A stretch of DNA of 64,000 bases. Source: Glycera tridactyla (Eukaryota). The stretch's first letter is position 1. Each line of letters opens with the position of its first letter. Of the stretch, positions 60,191 to 64,000 are shown piece after piece. The DNA lies in NCBI GenBank assembly GCA_965644265.1, contig OZ286476.1, positions 6,882,001-6,946,000 on the forward strand, read 5' to 3'. Both the position numbers and the translations under genes were made by a program. The notes beneath the pieces are model-generated. The model ran no database searches and had not been told where the DNA came from. It was given only the letters and a program-made list of their open reading frames with translations.

Positions 60191-62358
60191 TCCAATTTGT
60201 GTCAGTGATGATGTCACTAGGTGCAATGATCAAGGAAACATACTAATAAAAGTAAAATGTAAAAAATTCGCCTGAAAAAAGTGACCACTACTCTGCAAAA
60301 ATGCATTTAGTAAAAGATACCGCCTTTGACAGATGACTTTTGATGATATTTATAGTGGTCTCTCATCGCAGGTTTTGCTGTATCTGTATTTGTCATGAAG
60401 GACTGTGCTTGAATGGGTTTAAGTGTATTAGTCATTGACTGTGATGACTATCAAGTATTCCTTACCACCCATACACAGTCACATTCTCATATAAGCACTT
60501 TATCATAAAAAAACATTGCCAGCCTTAAAACCAGCACAAGCAATTAAGTTGGACCATAGTTAGCATTCTAGCTTCCAGGACAGTCCATATCATAAAGTTC
60601 CCCACTTTCCTCACAATTCTTCAAAAGATGACAAGTACACCATCAAAAGTAATAGTGAGGGTCCCTCTCACAAGTGACCACCTTTCTTGAATGACCACTT
60701 ATAATGGCCAATTTTCTTCTATCATGCTTTTTTTCTATTCAATTTCAAAAATTCTTTTCAGGGACCCAATCACCAGTCAGAAACCAGGAGATCTACTCCT
60801 CCGTGGACCTCGGTACAATCTGTTGGATTAATGCCAGGGTTTATTGGACCTGGAAAGTGCTGGTAGTCATTTACTGGGCCAATTATTCCAGCCAATTATC
60901 TATCCTTAACCAAAGCCTTGAGAAACAACTGTGATCATTTCAAAGATTGGCTTTCATAGTGAGTGAAATACATACCAAGTTCTAATGTGTAGTGTTACAT
61001 TGTCCTACACCCAGCGACAGCAAAATGTTTGAACGCTGTGCCCATTTCAAATTTTTATTCCAATGTAAGTGAGATACGTTCCAAAATCTAGTATACTTCT
61101 AATGTGTAGTATTACATTGTCCTAACAGTAGCAGTAAAAGTTCATAAGCTCTGCTAATTTTGAAGAAAATTTCAAAGTGAGAGAAATATACTGCAATATC
61201 AAATTTACTTTCGATGAGCAAAATCACAATGTATGGGAATTCAAAAATGACACCTCAAAAATAAATTTCATTATTTTTGAGAAAAAAAAGGTAAGTAGCT
61301 CCCATGATTGAGAATTCCATTATGATGAATGATTTATCAGGAGATCTTTCACCTGTCACATGATCATTCCCTAAGTACAAGGTCACTTGACTACGCTTCT
61401 ACAGTGCATTTGCCAAAAGCTGAAGAAAGGGTCCTGATGGATTTACCCTGAAAGCTTCTCTAACTTTCACAAAATCACCATGAATACTCGAGTAACTTCT
61501 ATTTCAAGATTTAAGTCATGATATTCTTATGATAAAGGTGCTTAATATGAGAGTATGACGCCATCGCGTGGAGCCAGGGATCACATCTTACAAGTTGCTT
61601 GCTGCCGTTTCCATCTTTCCAACTCATTCAGACTGTTGAATCCAACAATTGAGTGATAAATGAATCAAATTATAATGAAACTATGTTTCACATGACACCA
61701 TTGAAATGTACAGATTACATCTCCAGAAATCATCCAGTTTCTCATGGATTTGAAACTCAAAATAAATTTCATTTTATATAAAATACACGAGAAGGAGGAT
61801 GATAGAAATGTTTTACAGTAAGAAGGCAAGGTGAGGTGATCCCTTGTTCTGTCGTACCAACACGAGTCACAACGCCACCTGGCGTTACCTGCGAGTACCA
61901 CAGTAACAAATACCTTGCCACAACAACTTTCCTATGCCACGATAAATATCCGTTCAATGCGGAAAAAACTCCAGAGGACAAGCCATGATTTAGCGAGGAA
62001 AAATTCTCGATTTTGAGACATCGAGGTTTGATTTAGAGACATCGAGGTTTGATTTAGAGGGCAAGGCTGCATTTAGAGGTTTTTGTTTGATTGCTTGCAT
62101 TTAACATTCTTTCAACTCATCTGGTCATATAGGACTTTTGCAAAGGACGGCAGTGGTTCTTTTAAGTGCATACAGGAATAGACTCCCATACACATGGTCA
62201 GCCTTTGATATCCCAGTAGGCATGCACTGAGTGAGGGTAAGCGTGTTATAGGCAAGTAGTGGCAAGGTATGAGTGCATGGTGGTATTCTGATACTATGTA
62301 AATATATACAGCACGGAGGAACTCGATGATATATCGGAGTGTCTCGTCGTAGATCTAC

Positions 62359-62439
62359 CTGGGTCAAGTTTGGAGCGATGGACAGCTTCAAAATACTGGC
62401 TCCAAATATCATTCACCAGCTGCAGGCCTCCGTCATCCA
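62359..62439 (-). CDS. Candidate upstream neurabin exon (81 nt, phase 1-1): (V)DDGGLQLVNDIWSQYFEAVHRSKLDP
   Basis: Pyrimidine-rich acceptor (cggttctcgtttgtttttcag), open frame, and donor CAG|gtagat. The phase-1 end fits the phase-1 start of exon 56047-56186. I recognise no homology. Confidence 0.4.
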
Positions 62440-64000
62440 CTGAAAAACAAACGAGAACCGAGGGGATGCACAAACTAGAGCAGAGAGCGCGGCAGCGGCG
62501 ATACAAGCAAGCTGTGATACTCAAACCCCGCAGATTTCACAAGTCATAAAATAACCCGATTTCCGCCTCTAGTTCTCGCTACACCATACATAGTGATTCA
62601 CTAGCCAACAGAGGGCAGGACCTAGGGGCGGAAATCCAGCCATTCACATCACAGAAATGTTACTCATGGCAGGGATATTCCTGGGGCGAGATTTCGGGAG
62701 AATATCTCATAAAATTTTCAAATTTATGTCCGATTAGTCTTGGTGTACGTGGGAAAAATTGTCCCATTGGTTCTGATTAGAGGTCGAACAGATGCCAGAA
62801 TTTCATTCATTTCAAGCTACTTCCGAGTGTACTTCAGAAGAACTGTCACTAACACAGTTGTGTGTTCACTGTAAGAAAACATTTTCTTTCATTGTGCAGA
62901 CAAGAATTTCCCTGCATAATAAATGGCTTGTCTGAATAAGTGACAATTAACCAATCAATATCACAGACTTGTGACCAATCTTCATCAATCATGGCTGCTA
63001 ATTAATGATGATAAAACAATCTTCAATAGGCCTTGAACGATTTACCACGGATATGAAGCGATACGCTGCTCACGATACGATATCACCACGATATATCTCA
63101 AGTATTTTGCAAAAAAACATCAAGGAATTAGCGTCTCTTCCCTGGCACCCCACACTCGTAATAATAGTCAGAAACTTACCAAAAAATTCGCCCATGCAGA
63201 TTGAGGGATGCCAAAGAACCGGATCACCTTGGATTTTCGATAAGACACAGTTAAATTATATTTGCATACGGCCAAACATGTGGCGTGAAGCGGGCGAAAA
63301 TGAGGGACTAGCTGGAAAAACAAGACCTTCACGGGATTGTGCTTTCGCCAAGCAATGAATATGAATGATACCTGATTAAATCCCTATATGAAACGAATCC
63401 CGGCAACATTGTGCAGCATATTGCGCAAACCGTTTAGCAATACATTGTACAGTTTTCTCATGATTGCGAGGTGAAAAAATGTTTCGCGACCAAAAGTGAG
63501 TGAAAAATCAAGATGGCGCCCGTCGGAATAACACCATGTGTGTTTCACACTGCTTGCCTTTCAGCGCGAGACACGGCAAGAAACATTTGTTTTAGTGCTC
63601 AAATATGTATACCAATCGGTTCCCAGGGCCTCGAATATGACAGTTTGAATGATAAATTCCGAAAATACAACGAATATCGCCTCAGCATCCATGGAGAAAA
63701 CATGAAATCAAGTGACAGCAGCTCCGGTCACCTTGACCGCCTCTAGATACAATGTGCTCAGATGAATGATCATCGCAATCATTCTCCATCCTCCTTCAAA
63801 CGAATATATTTTTCACAATATGGCTACATGACCTGATTTCTCACAGCGAGACTGTCATTTCACTGGCACTAGTTCATGAAAATATAATTGATTTAAGTTG
63901 TTATTTGTAAAATAACAACAAGATGCGCAGAAGACGTATTTTCATTGGTTCATTCACCCTGGCTGCGGAGGTGTCAAAGCAACATGGCTGCGCCCTCGAA

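Noticed and set aside
61592-61632. 41-nt segment with caacag| and |gtaaga splice-like ends
   Set aside because: Splicing it after the 62359 exon gives an immediate stop, and its internal ATG is out of frame with exon 56186. It would fit only after an unseen phase-2 donor.

Overview
Eukaryotic, repeat-rich draft-assembly DNA (three N gaps), most like a marine invertebrate genome; the species cannot be determined from sequence alone. The main feature is a minus-strand neurabin/spinophilin-family gene (PPP1R9A/B, Spn, nab-1 orthologue). I reconstructed 18 phase-compatible GT-AG coding exons from 56186 down to the stop at 23118 (2996 nt, about 998 aa). They encode the PP1-binding RVxF region, a PDZ domain, a coiled coil, a low-complexity linker, a SAM domain and a basic tail. 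The N-terminal actin-binding part is not visible and probably lies beyond 64000; a candidate extra exon is at 62359-62439. Bases 1-23000 contain no gene I can recognise and consist of SINE-like, MITE, Helentron-like (HINE) and tandem repeats plus an unexplained block. The most unusual observation is an 8-copy, ~59-bp tandem array made of the PP1-docking (RVKF) exon end plus its 5' splice site. The second donor would add a second in-frame RVKF motif, while the later donors lie behind a stop codon. Other leads are a thrice-repeated D-S?-G-G-[VI]-x-L-[IL]-[ST]-x-[KR]-P peptide motif, a candidate 30-nt microexon, a triplicated acceptor, a YCAY cluster, candidate SAM-less terminal exons and hAT-like elements with 5-6-bp target duplications. 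There are no prokaryotic systems, CRISPR arrays, rRNA or clear tRNA genes.
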